A stretch of 64,000 nucleotides of DNA from Dicyema japonicum (Eukaryota; Animalia; Dicyemida): NCBI GenBank assembly GCA_011109175.1, contig RDEW01000052.1:248001-312000 (forward strand). Direction: 5' to 3'. Positions 13,439 through 26,759 of the stretch are shown here, in pieces. Position 1 is the first letter of the stretch, and each line of letters starts with the position of its first letter. The notes under the pieces are model-generated. The model was not told the DNA's origin and ran no database searches. It saw only the letters and a list, made by a program, of their open reading frames with translations. The position numbers were made by a program, and so were the translations under genes.

Positions 13439-13829
13439 TCATACTCATAAATTTTGCCGATAAAAAGGTGATCTTAGACAAGAATACTCAACTGGTACTT
13501 TATACTGACACCTTTCCATAGACTTCTCTGTCATTTCCTTGAACAATCCAAAATGATTATCTGAAGGGGGTCAATATTATGCTTAAGTTATGTCAATCAT
13601 CAGCAAATCAATATTGGGAACAAAAGCAATCATNTCATACTCATAAATTTTGGCGATAAAAAGGTGATCTTAGACAAGAATACTCAACTGGTACTTTATG
13701 CTGACACCTTTCCATAGATTTCTCTGTCATTTCCTTGAACAATCCAAATTGATTATCTGAAGGGAATCAATATTATGCATAAGTTATGTCAATCATCAGC
13801 AAACAAATATTGGGAACAAAAGCAATCAT
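13439..13829. repeat. 195-bp direct duplication flanking a single N (probable contig-overlap artefact)
   Basis: 13439-13633 and 13635-13829 are near-identical and meet exactly at N13634. Confidence 0.8.
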
Positions 13830-14842
13830 AGGGAACCAGAGAGACTAGATGGGGACTAATATATGACACCAAATGTCTCTTCTCTGTTTATTAACCCATT
13901 TTACGAAACAATAATTATTTATTGTAGCAACTTTCCGATAGTTATCATACGATTTTCATTCCTGGATGGTATTTTGGATCCAATCCGACAATTTAATGGC
14001 ATATCTTCTAGATCCACCCTCAGCGAACTTGTTTTTTCTTTTCTTTCATACCATTACTGTAAGCCACAGACCAAGAACATGCTAACTATATATGTAGAGG
14101 ATCTTGCCAGAATTCACATGCGTATAAGCGATTTTATTTATCACGTACCCTTCTTCTATTATTGATATGATCTCTGAAAAATCCCATCTGATCCTCAAAT
14201 TACAAGGCAATATAGGTGTTCACAGAACATGATTTGGTCCATATTTAGTTTTCTTCACGTTCTTGGATATCCAAGAAACATAACATTTTTCACGAAATAA
14301 GGATAGTTTTGGTTACCACAATTTTAGCAATATGATTTATGCCTTTTCCAGGAAATTAGTCTACATATTTGTAAATCAATAAAATAATGTCGTTAGCACA
14401 AATAATCATTATTAGAGTGCTTTACACACTTAAATTAAAGTGGGAGCAAAATGACTGTTGTAACTCAACATAATTTTGATTTCTAACGACTCTTAAAAGG
14501 AAAATCTTTCATAAACTTATTCCAATATTAGCCATCGAAGGAAGCCTTAATGACTAACAAAATATACAAACTAAATATACCCTTCACAAAACTGACCTCA
14601 ATAGTAGATAACAATAGTCCCTTTGCAAATTATAATCCCACAGCCTTAATGACTAACAAAATATACAAACTAAATATATCCTTCACAAAACTGACCTCAA
14701 TAGTAGATAACAATAGTCTCTTTGCAAATTATAATCCCACACAAGACATCCATATCTTCCAAACTAATTCAACCTTAGTTCTTTATCCGCAAATGTCACC
14801 AAGAATATATTCATAATAAAACTTCAACAACTCTAGGGAGTT

Positions 14843-15130
14843 TCAGTTATGAAATATTAGATCTGTTTGACCAATAAGTCGAATTGTGGATAAAAGTAAT
14901 ATCATCAAAATCCTCTTATTATAGAACCTTAAGGTTTTATACGCCCGACAGCTGATTGCTATACAGCAATAGATCCTTAACATGATATTATGAAGCCACA
15001 TCAGCAGATCACGAGGTAATGATAAGATAATTGTGCCTATAGTGAAGATAAGAATAGACACTGCAGGAATATAATATTTTGGAGAAAAACCAATACAAAT
15101 CAAATATGCACTTTGTGAAACAGTAACCAC
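14843..15130 (-). CDS. Possible hydrophobic or membrane-protein exon of an unidentified host gene
   Basis: 95-codon hydrophobic ORF with a GTG start, 44 bp downstream of the S6K stop. No motif recognised and no consistent splice model downstream. Confidence 0.25.
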   Translation of the reverse strand: MVTVSQSAYLICIGFSPKYYIPAVSILIFTIGTIILSLPRDLLMWLHNIMLRIYCCIAISCRAYKTLRFYNKRILMILLLSTIRLIGQTDLIFHN

Positions 15131-15173
15131 ATATCATAATTTATTTAAACCGCATTGTAAAATTAATTTCAAT

Positions 15174-16625
<1,452 letters not shown>

Positions 16626-16656
16626 TTACATTCATAATCGCACAACGTTGTTAATN

Positions 16657-16790
16657 GACCTGGACGAATTAAGATCACTCGCATTCTACAAAGGAAAATG
16701 GAAAAGACTAACTATAAATATTGTTTCTTTGAGTGTTGCACATGGGCTATAAACATTATGGCTTTCGTGGAAGTGCCATAATAATAATAT
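16657..16790 (+). mobile_element. RTE 3' end with (TAA)n tail
   Basis: DLDELRSLAFYKGKWKRLT then ATAATAATAAT; duplicate of about 45400-45533; begins after N16656. Confidence 0.8.
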
Positions 16791-17499
16791 GGCATTTATT
16801 GTTCTTGTTCGTTAGTAGATATAAGATCAAAATCACAGAAAGCACATATTTTTGCCAAGAAATATTCTGTTTTCATACTCAACTTTATGGGAAACTATGT
16901 AATTCAAAAATTTCTATTTTAATAGACTGTTTTACAAAAATTTTCTGTTAACACACATCGTAAAACCGTAAAGAATTTAAAGTGAAAGACTATTTTATAT
17001 TTTTGGACAACATGTGTTTGATTATGTAATTCAAAAATTTCTATTTTAATCGACTGTGTTACAAAAATTTTCTGTTAACACACATCGTAAAACCGTAAAG
17101 AATTTAAAGTGAAAGACTATTTTATATTTTTGGACAACATGTGTTTGATTAAAGATGAAAACACATTATGGAAATGTTAAAGAATTAATATTGGGATAAA
17201 GGAATCAGTTGTAAAAAACAAATGAAGAAAAGAATTATTTTTCTATAATTTGACAACTAACTAACTTGGTTTTCATAAAATGGGGTAGTTGGCTAACCAA
17301 AACAAAATATTAATCCTTGAATCTTTCTGAAATAGTTATATTTGTTTCAGAGTCTAGCGCGACGAAATATTGTAAACGGAAAATCTTAGATTTCAGTCTC
17401 TGTTGAAAGAGTTATTTCGCTAATATCTAAGATTCTCAAAAATATCGAATTTTTTAAACATATAATATTTATGACTCTTTGATTTCATTCTATAATAAA

Positions 17500-19672
17500 A
17501 CACCCCACTTTATTTAACAAACAATAAAAAAGTTAATATATTTAATCAACAACCTTCCTCGCCTGCCTGTTCGCCAGCCTTCTCCGGCAGGTTCGATTCT
17601 GGTTGCTGAAACAACTCCGAGAGCGCCTTGTCTAATTGAACCCTCTCCCCATATGACATCTCAGGGCTCTGCCTCCTATACTCCAGTGTCAGGCTCTCTA
17701 GGGTCTGCTTTAACACAGTGGACTGTAGATAGGCCTGGAGCTTCCTATCTACCCCCAACTGCTTCAGATAACTTTTGTGGTACTTTGTTGCAATTCCTTC
17801 CCACGTCATTACTATAGGTAACGAGGACCTTGCAACCAAGCATCTGCCCCATCTCGTTTGCAAGAAAGTCATATTTCCTTTTTTTCTCCACCTCCACATT
17901 CTGCAAACGGTCTTGAGACGTGATGCCAACCTTTATGATAAGGACTTGGCCAGACTTCTTATCGTGTACCACAATGTCCGGTTTATTGTGCTTGACTAGC
18001 ACCGAGGTACGAATAACACTGTCTACCTTAATTTGGACCCTGGTGTTCTCTACTAAAGATTGCACCTTATGAGTCCGCAACTTTCTGGTGTGGCGAATAC
18101 CATACTTATTGCATAGTAGAAGATGAAGACTCCTTACTACCTCGTTGTGCCTCCACACATAGTCGTGGCAGAGCATGGATTCACATCGAGTGGCTAAATG
18201 ATCAACCGACATGCTCCTTGACTTACAGTGGGGACATGTATTTGTTGATCGACCCCAAAAATATTGCGGTCTTGCATATACGTGTACAACGCCTCCGATC
18301 GAGGTGAGTTGTCACCGTATTTTAGCCATATTGTCGACGACTTAAGGTCGACATGTGGGTTGTCCAATGCTCTGAAGAGGACCTTATGAAAGCTTTTTAA
18401 GTTGATCTTTTCCATCAAATTATTATATTGTAATTCGATCAACCAACGCCTCCGATCGAGGTGAGTTGTCACCGTATTTTAGCCATATTGTCGACGACTT
18501 AAGGTCGACATGTGGGTTGTCCAATGCTCTGAAGAGGACCTTATGAAAGCTTTTTAAGTTGATCTTTTCCATCAAATTATTATATTGTAATTTGATCAAC
18601 GTCTTCACATTTACTATCCCACCATCACCAACACCATACTTAGCAGACAAAAAAGGTCTGATAGTGCCTAGGTGGGTTGCCCGTGTTTTCTCGGTCGTTA
18701 TTATGGCGTGCTTCCTAGCAGACACACTTGACCCAGCTATCAGGGTGTCGTGCATTCGCATTAGGATACGCTCACTTAGTTGGACTACTCCACACAGTCC
18801 ACGGCCGAATTTATCACGGGGTAAATATAGTCTCTCCTTATTGGCTGCCAGCACATGGAAATGGTTTTCTCTGAGTACTCCACGGATCATAACATCCATT
18901 TCATCATACTCTTTGGGCTCAAACTCCACAACACCTATGTAGTAGTTTAGCAGCGAGACAGCATACTCATTTAATGTTAAGAACAAATTCCTTGCATTTA
19001 GAGACGTTTTACACAATAACGCTGCTCTTTTACGGATGCCTTCAGTAATTTGTCGCTTTGTCTCAGGCATTATAAGGGACTTTGGAGATTAGGTAACACC
19101 CAGATACTTATATCCTTCGTGTTCCTCTAGGACTCTTACTAACTCGCTACATACTTGCGTGTTAGTCGCAGACTTTGAATAATTCAAATCTAGCCCTATA
19201 CTCTCAAAGAATTCCCTGGCACAGACCCCCATGGAGTAGAGCTCCTCGGCTATTCGAGCATACATCTTCAGGTTATCGATAAAAAGAAGGTGATTTGTAC
19301 TGAAACAGACCCCTTCACAATGAACTGCTATTTGCTCAAACCGGTCATTGAGGCGGCGACTCAATGGCTCCAAACAGAGAACAAAGAGTAGCGGAGACAT
19401 GCTATCCCCCTGAAGGATCCCCCTCTTGAGTTTTACCTCGCCTATCCGGTGCCTATTATAGTTCAGATGAATACTCCACTTATTCATCACAGCCACTACA
19501 AAGCTGATGAACCACACAGGCATACACAGACTGTGTAGGCACTCGACAAGGTAAGAATGATCAACTGAATCGTAAGCCTTCTTCACATCCACCCACATGG
19601 ACAAAAGTGAGTTTCCGTGAGACACAGAAAGGCATTTGTTGATCAAAGCCTGCTCTTTTGCCCCCTGACAAT
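17500..19672 (-). mobile_element. R4-clade RLE retrotransposon copy 3 (RT, zinc knuckle, RLE; frameshifted; 5' end lost in gap)
   Basis: ORFs 19089-19646 (WVDVKKAYDSV, QGDSMSP, LFIDNLK), 18423-19070 (KERLYLPRDKFGRGL, an R4-clade motif) and 17745-18212 (RCESMLCHDYVWRHN, KPDIV). Absent from the paralogous site at about 46115. Confidence 0.93.
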
Positions 19673-20283
19673 NNNNNNNNNNNNNNNNNNNNNNNNNNNN
19701 NNNNNNNNNNNNNNNNNNNNNNNNNNNNNNNNNNNNNNNNNNNNNNNNNNNNNNNNNNNNNNNNNNNNNNNNNNNNNNNNNNNNNNNNNNNNNNNNNNNN
19801 NNNNNNNNNNNNNNNNNNNNNNNNNNNNNNNNNNNNNNNNNNNNNNNNNNNNNNNNNNNNNNNNNNNNNNNNNNNNNNNNNNNNNNNNNNNNNNNNNNNN
19901 NNNNNNNNNNNNNNNNNNNNNNNNNNNNNNNNNNNNNNNNNNNNNNNNNNNNNNNNNNNNNNNNNNNNNNNNNNNNNNNNNNNNNNNNNNNNNNNNNNNN
20001 NNNNNNNNNNNNNNNNNNNNNNNNNNNNNNNNNNNNNNNNNNNNNNNNNNNNNNNNNNNNNNNNNNNNNNNNNNNNNNNNNNNNNNNNNNNNNNNNNNNN
20101 NNNNNNNNNNNNNNNNNNNNNNNNNNNNNNNNNNNNNNNNNNNNNNNNNNNNNNNNNNNNNNNNNNNNNNNNNNNNNNNNNNNNNNNNNNNNNNNNNNNN
20201 NNNNNNNNNNNNNNNNNNNNNNNNNNNNNNNNNNNNNNNNNNNNNNNNNNNNNNNNNNNNNNNNNNNNNNNNNNNNNNNNNNN
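19673..20283. other. Assembly gap
   Basis: Run of N. Confidence 1.
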
Positions 20284-20441
20284 AAAAAAATGCTACATTA
20301 ATTATTTTAAATTGCTATTTTACAGTTGCTTAATTATCTGTCACCCGAACAAATGGATCTAAATTTTAAGTAAATTTATATTTATGTATGAAATATAACA
20401 TAAGCACTAATAGAATTAGTCAACAGAATTTTATTATAATA

Positions 20442-21385
20442 TTAATGATTGAATAATCCAATCTGTAATGGATAATAACGTCTTCTTTTATATTTTATTA
20501 TGTAGGCCACAGCAAATATTACAACAATTCCACCTATTACACAAATAGCTATTATATTTTGGTTTTCTAAATTTAACTCAATATTACTGATTGGATGAAA
20601 CTTTATGGTACTTAAATAACTATGAGTAGTCATTGTCTTTAATTTTGTCTTTAAAGCAATTGAAGTTAATTTTTTGTTTTTAAATTCTACAAATTTCCTT
20701 TTAGAATAGTACTGTTTATATAACTTTGAGTTGTAGTTGTCTTTATTTTTGTATTCAAATGGGTTGTTGATTTTAATCTGTTATTTCTATTGAAATCACA
20801 TCCGAGATCTAAATGTAGGCATTTATGAGTACCATTTCCAGTAAATAATGTAAAATTATCTGTTTTTAATATTTGCATTTTCATATCTTTTATTTTTATT
20901 TTTCCAAAATTAGAAATACGTAAAACTATTTCTCTGCAGTTATAATAACCGTTAGATGAAATGTTTATATTTTCAAGTCCATAACGATTATGAGTGGAAA
21001 TTCGTGATAATCCCCAAGAAACAGAACATATATTAGTTGATCTTAAATAATCAACCATTATTGAAAAATATATATCATTTTTCTTCCATTTAAGGATAAA
21101 ATCAAATCGGCCAAATTTTTCGAAATAAAAAATTGCGTCATTTAAATTTTCATATATTATCTTTATTAAATATAATGTGATTACAGTATTATTAATTTTA
21201 TATTCAATGTCAATTATTCCACTAAACAATGCTACAATCCGATCATCCTCTAATGCACCCCACATTGGGACATTATTATACAACTTATTAAAGGTCTTAA
21301 TATTCTTCATTAGTGATTTATTGGTTACCATACACATATATATTACTATTATTAATTTATTTTGTAAACCTAGTAATTGGAGCAT
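20442..21385 (-). CDS. LAMP-like type I membrane glycoprotein (copy A, apparently intact, 274 aa)
   Basis: Predicted introns 21346-21369, 21161-21184, 20809-20832, 20687-20712 and 20567-20587; 944-119 = 825 nt = 275 codons. Signal-like MLQLLVIYMCMV; LAMP-like ALFSGIIDIEY and SNGYYNC...IKDMKMQ...F...C-D; Thr-rich stalk; TM helix IIAICVIGGIVVIFAVAYII; tail KRRRYYPL (YxxL). Confidence 0.8.
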
Positions 21386-21449
21386 CTTCACAGCAATTAT
21401 TCTAATTATGAATTTAATTTTAATTTAAAATTATTAAACTTATAATTTT

Positions 21450-22545
21450 TATTTAATACTGTCACATTATAATGCTAATTCTCTGACAAATTCGACAAGA
21501 GACTTATCAAGTTGCAAATCTATTATTAAATCTGTTTATTTCAAAAATACGTATTGTATTCAAGAGAACTAAACAAGAGAGGACCGTAATTTTTTGACAA
21601 CAAAACAGTGGGGTTTCCTTTTATTTAATACTGTCTCATTATAATGCTAATTCTCTGACAAATTCGACAAAAGACTTATCAAGTTGCAAATCTATTATTA
21701 AATCTAATTATTTCAAAAATACGTATTGTATTCAAGAGAACTAAACAAGAGAAAACCGTAATTTTTTGACAACAAACCAGTGGGGTTTCCACGCGAGAAG
21801 AACTGGTGCTCACCATATAAACTAGGAGATTGTGAATGTCATAGATACTAGTAGGCAGTTACCCGCTAAGAAACTTTTTATCCGGAAGACAGTCTTTCGT
21901 CTAAAAAGGAGGAACAAATAAGAATGAGATTATGTTTATAATAGGAGTCCAACAAAGATCTGGTTTGATCCCAATTTTATTCGACGTATTCATTGTAAGT
22001 TTTTCAATATAAAAAAAATTAATATTGGACTAATTATACATGCCGATGACGTCAAAGTTGTCGACACACTCTAAGGGATAAGTTTACGACTATGTTGGTT
22101 CAAATGATGGCGCAATATGAAAGGATAAAGCTCTCTGATCACATGGAAGATTATTTGAAAATGTCAGAGCGATAAAAAAGAGGCTTATCAAGCTCTTCTC
22201 AGTGCTCGCAAGTTACCCGTAGATATGAACACTTTACTTTATTTTCAGTTAATCAATATCGATTTGATTTTCTAAGTGCGAGATGAGACTTTCTTTAAAG
22301 AAAGAAAAAATTATATTTCTATTGGAGAAAATGAGAACGACAATAATGACAGCAATTGATAGCTTAATGAAGAACTAAATAAGTAATAAAAGAAAAAACT
22401 CATTTCTATTCATAGTATAATGCAGGAGAGGATCGATGCCAACAAAAAGAGGTCAAATATGCAAAACACAAACAAAAAACCAATAGAAATAGCTGGATGG
22501 ATGGAGGGTCTAGGGAGAAGTGTCAATTCACAAAAAGTAGCTCAA
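21450..22545 (+). mobile_element. Decayed CR1/L2-like RT fragment (further copies 25630-26720 and 47320-48400)
   Basis: Remnants DKVDKRL (47350 copy), IGVQQRSGLIPILFDVFI and IIHADDVKVV in broken frames; three near-identical copies. Confidence 0.6.
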
Positions 22546-22549
22546 CATG

Positions 22550-25500
22550 ATTGTCGATTGATCTTTGTGCAATTTCATTTTTTTATGTTGTTATCGTAGT
22601 GTCATGTGGCTCACCAGAAATGGTGTCACCCATTCCAAAAAGGAACGAAAAGAGCCAACAGCTTTCCTCACCGTCCGGTGGTCCTTTCGACTCCTGTGTC
22701 TTCGACCCTATCTGGTGTCCCCATTTGTCGAGACTTATGATTCTCTCATGTGGTGACGTCGAAACCAATCCTGGTCTATGGAGAGATTTTACAATAATAC
22801 AACTGAATACGAATGGGATCAGGAAGAAAATCTTTGGCACTCCTCCGCGAAAATGAGACTGACCTCGCTTTAATACAGGAGTCCAAGCTATCTCTTTCCA
22901 TAAAACACCCTCTTTTCCCGGATACAAAGTGATCCGTAAAGATCGTCAGGGAGGACTACTTACTATTTTAAAGAACGATATTCCTTTTATGGATACAACT
23001 CAACGAACCTCAGAGCTTCTTGGCATTGACAAGACTTTGGAGCAGATTACTGTCAGATCGAGTTATTCCCGTCCTTTTACAAAGTGATCCGTAAAGATCG
23101 TCAGGGAGGACTACTTACTATTATAAAGAACGATATTTCTTTTATGGATACAACTCAACGAACCTCAGAGCTTCTTGGCATTGACAAGACTTTGGACCAG
23201 ATTACTGTCAGATCGAGTTATTCCCGTTCTTTTGGATCTATTTGGTTCATTTATATATTCCTCCACAAAGATCGTTTCCGACATCTTACACCCCTGATTT
23301 ATGACGCATTTCAACATTGAAAAATCTACAGTTATGTTGGGATCTTAATGCACGACATCCAGTTTGGCTCAGTTCCCAATCCTATGATAACAAATTATCT
23401 TCCTAACCTGATTATACTGAACAACCATAGCTCACATACTAGGACCCTATTAAGGATGACTGATAGCTGCACATCCCCCGACTTAACACTATGCTCACCT
23501 TCTCTGGCTGGACTCATTTCCTGGAACGTCTTTTATGGCTTCTTAGTGACCACAATCTAATCCTTCTAAAATTGAGAAGTCTTCAACGATACAGGAGACG
23601 GCCGGCGGAATCAAAAAGATTCAAGTATTATACGAAAGTTGACTAGTCAGGTTTCAGTAACCTTAAGGATAAATTCTTGGCCCGGAGATTATCCTCCCCA
23701 ATACGCTCTATTGATGATGCTGCAGAAATTATCAGCGCTGCCATTTAGAAAGATGACCATATTTTTATTCCTATATACAAGAAGTTTATTGCTATCCTCA
23801 GCTCTTATAAAATAAGTCTTATAAAACAAAGAGACCGGCTGAAGATATGCCATCTGTTGGACTTGATGTTTTTGACAGCCCTCAGACAACTAAATATAAG
23901 GATCTGTCAGAGCATAAAAAAACACAACGACATGAGATGGTAGCATCTAGTTAACCACTTCGACATTTCTGGAAAACTCTTAAACAAGTCCAGTCGGAGC
24001 TGGATGATGCAGACGGAACCGGAAAGTCTTCTCCTGGACACTTATGCTACTTACATCCTAACATTCTCACGAAACATTACGCTTGAATTAGCTTCAGACC
24101 ATTCTCGAAACACCTAGACATTATGGTGCGTGCCCATAAACCGAAGAAGGAACCTTACCACGAACTATTCTCATATGACCAAGTCTTGGATGTTATCACC
24201 AGATTAAAATGCTCACGGGCGTGCGGGCCTGACAAAGTATCTTCTATTCATCTAAAACACCTAAGCCACTACGAAATTGGCTACCTCACGCAAATATACA
24301 ACCTGTCCATTAACTATATATTATTCCCAAGATTTGGAAGAATTCTATCATCAAACCGATATTGCAGGCTGGGAAACCAGAGACAGAACCTGCCTCCTAC
24401 AGGCCTATTTCCGTTACCAGCACTGTCAAAAATTATGGAGAAACTTGTATTATCAGTCTTTTTTCCGTATCTTCCACGTCCTATATTTTAACATGGTTCC
24501 CTCCCCAGGCAGGTCCACCGCTACATACTTGGCAACTTTATCGCAGTTCATTGCCGACGCTTTTAACACCCATCCTCCGCCTCAAAAACGCACAATCTTG
24601 GTTTCTATTGACATTAACAAAGCCTTTGACACTGTTTCGAGGAAAATCCTGGTTAAAAAAATATTTTTCACTAATATTCGTCCGAATGTGAAATTATGGC
24701 TGGCCAACTTTTTGTCTGGAAGACGTGGAAGAGTAGTCAGTGGTGATCTCAGATCTAGTCCACGATTACAACCGAATGGGGTACCCCAGGGGTCTCCACT
24801 TTCACCAATTCTATTCAACCTATTCCTACACGACCTACCTAATGATGGAGACGAAGATTTCCTGCTATTATCCTACGCAGACGATGGAGTTATTGCAATA
24901 CGGAACCGCTCGACGCAAGTCACATTCTTTAAAACTCAGACAAAATTGAACACTCTCCACGATTGGATTGTTGGCAGTCGACTAACGATTTCTGCAACCA
25001 TGTCTATCTGTTCCACATTCACGTCGGACCGCCGTTCCAAGGATGAACCGAGTCTTTTCATTGGTCCCACTCGGATTCCAGTGACAAGGTTCCCCACTGA
25101 ACTTGGAGTCAAGTACTGCAGCCTTCTCAATTTCAACTCCACGCAACAGACATGATCACCAGGGGGCTCCAGAAAGTTAACGTTATACGCGCCCTTGTTC
25201 GGAGGACCACGAGGAACATGGACTTTTCCGTCTCTACCATCTACCAACAAACATGGTCCAAAGAATCAACTCGATATACCGGAAAACAATCAGTATGCTT
25301 TGCCCATCTAATGATTCAACAGTCGACTCACTACTCATGGAAGCTAAGATCCGTAGTCGTGGCTCCGGATTTCTTGCATCTGTCAAGAAGATGGAAATCC
25401 GCTTCGCCTGATCCTTCCCATGGCAAGAGAAAACCGATTGGATAAGAAATTCCCCTCCGCGATCGGATTCCTCTGCAAGACCGAGAGAAGGCTCTTCCGG

Positions 25501-25625
25501 AAAGTAGTGGGGACGAAGGAAGATCACAGACGTCGAATGGCACAAGTGATTGCGAAAACTGGGATCACCTAACTGTTTGACTCATTTGTCTTTCTTTCTC
25601 GGTGTTCCCGGGGTTATTAAAATAA
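22550..25625 (+). mobile_element. ingi/Vingi-like APE-RT LINE with N-terminal 2A-like motif (frameshifted)
   Basis: CGDVETNPGL, IQLNTNGI (APE), ACGPDKV, YRPISV, RTILVSIDINKAFDTV, GVPQGSPLSP, SYADD; A-rich tail at about 25618-25637. Confidence 0.85.
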
Positions 25626-26759
25626 AATAAAATAAATAATGCTAAATCTCTGACAAAGTCGAAAGAGACTTATCAAGTGCAGATGTATTATTAATTCTGA
25701 TTATTTCAAAAATACGTCTTGTATTCAAGAGAACTCACAAGATAGGACTGTAATTTTTTGATAACAAAACAGTGGGTTTTCCACTCGAAAAGAACTTGTG
25801 CTTCACCATCTAAACTAGGAGATTGTGAATGTCATAGATAATAGTAGGTAGTTACCTGCTAAAAAACTTTTTATCCGAGGGACAGTCTTTCGTCTAAAAG
25901 GGAAGAACAATATAAAAATGAGATTATGTTTATAATAAGAGTCCAACAAAGATCTGGTTTGATCCCAATTTTATTTGACGTATTCATTGTAAGTTTTTCA
26001 AAATAAAAAAAATTAATATTGGACTAATTATACATGCCGATGACCTCAAAGTTGAGGACACACTCATAGGGAAGAGTTTAGAGTATGTTGGTTCAAATGA
26101 AAAAATACGAAATATGAAAGGATAAAGCTCTCTTACCACATGGAAGATTATTTGAAAGATGTCAGAGCGATTAAAAAGAGGCTTATCTAGCTCTGTTCAG
26201 TGCTCGCAAGTTACCAGGAGATATGAACACTTTACTTTAAGTTTCAGTTATTCAATATCGATTTGATTTTCTGAGTGCGAGATGAGACTTTTTTTTAAAT
26301 AAAGAAAAAATTATATTTCCACTGGAGAAATTGAGAACTACAATAACGACAGCAATTGATAACTTAATGAAGAACTAAATAAGTAACAAGATAAAAAACT
26401 CATTTCTATTCATAGTATAATGCAGGAGAGGATCGATGCCAACAAAAAGAGGTCAAATATGCAAAACACATACAAAGAACCAATAGAACTAGCTGGATGG
26501 ATGGAGGGTCTTTGGAGAAGTGTCAATTCACAAAAAGTAGCTCAATATGATTTCCTTTTATAACTACAAAATTTATTATAATAAAGTTATTTATAGCTCT
26601 TCTTAATGGCGAAAGTAGAATGGTAGAGTTGTAGATTTATTTCTATTGTATGGAAATCAATGTTTTTCATAATGTGAACTCTTGTTTTTTTTCTTCTTTT
26701 GTAAATGTATTATTATTACCCACATGATCACTGGGTTAAAGAGAAATAAATAAAAGTTT

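Noticed and set aside
13439-13829. Biological tandem duplication
   Set aside because: The copies meet exactly at a single N, the signature of overlapping contig ends.
19617-20362. Long ORFs in the track
   Set aside because: They are only long because they cross the N gap; the same applies to 35109-36356.
20633-20720. Apparent programmed -1 frameshift (A AAT TTG just before the stop) joining the LAMP-like ectodomain ORF to the TM ORF
   Set aside because: A 26-nt GT-AG intron at 20687-20712 restores the frame, at a phase-1 position like those in paralog C.
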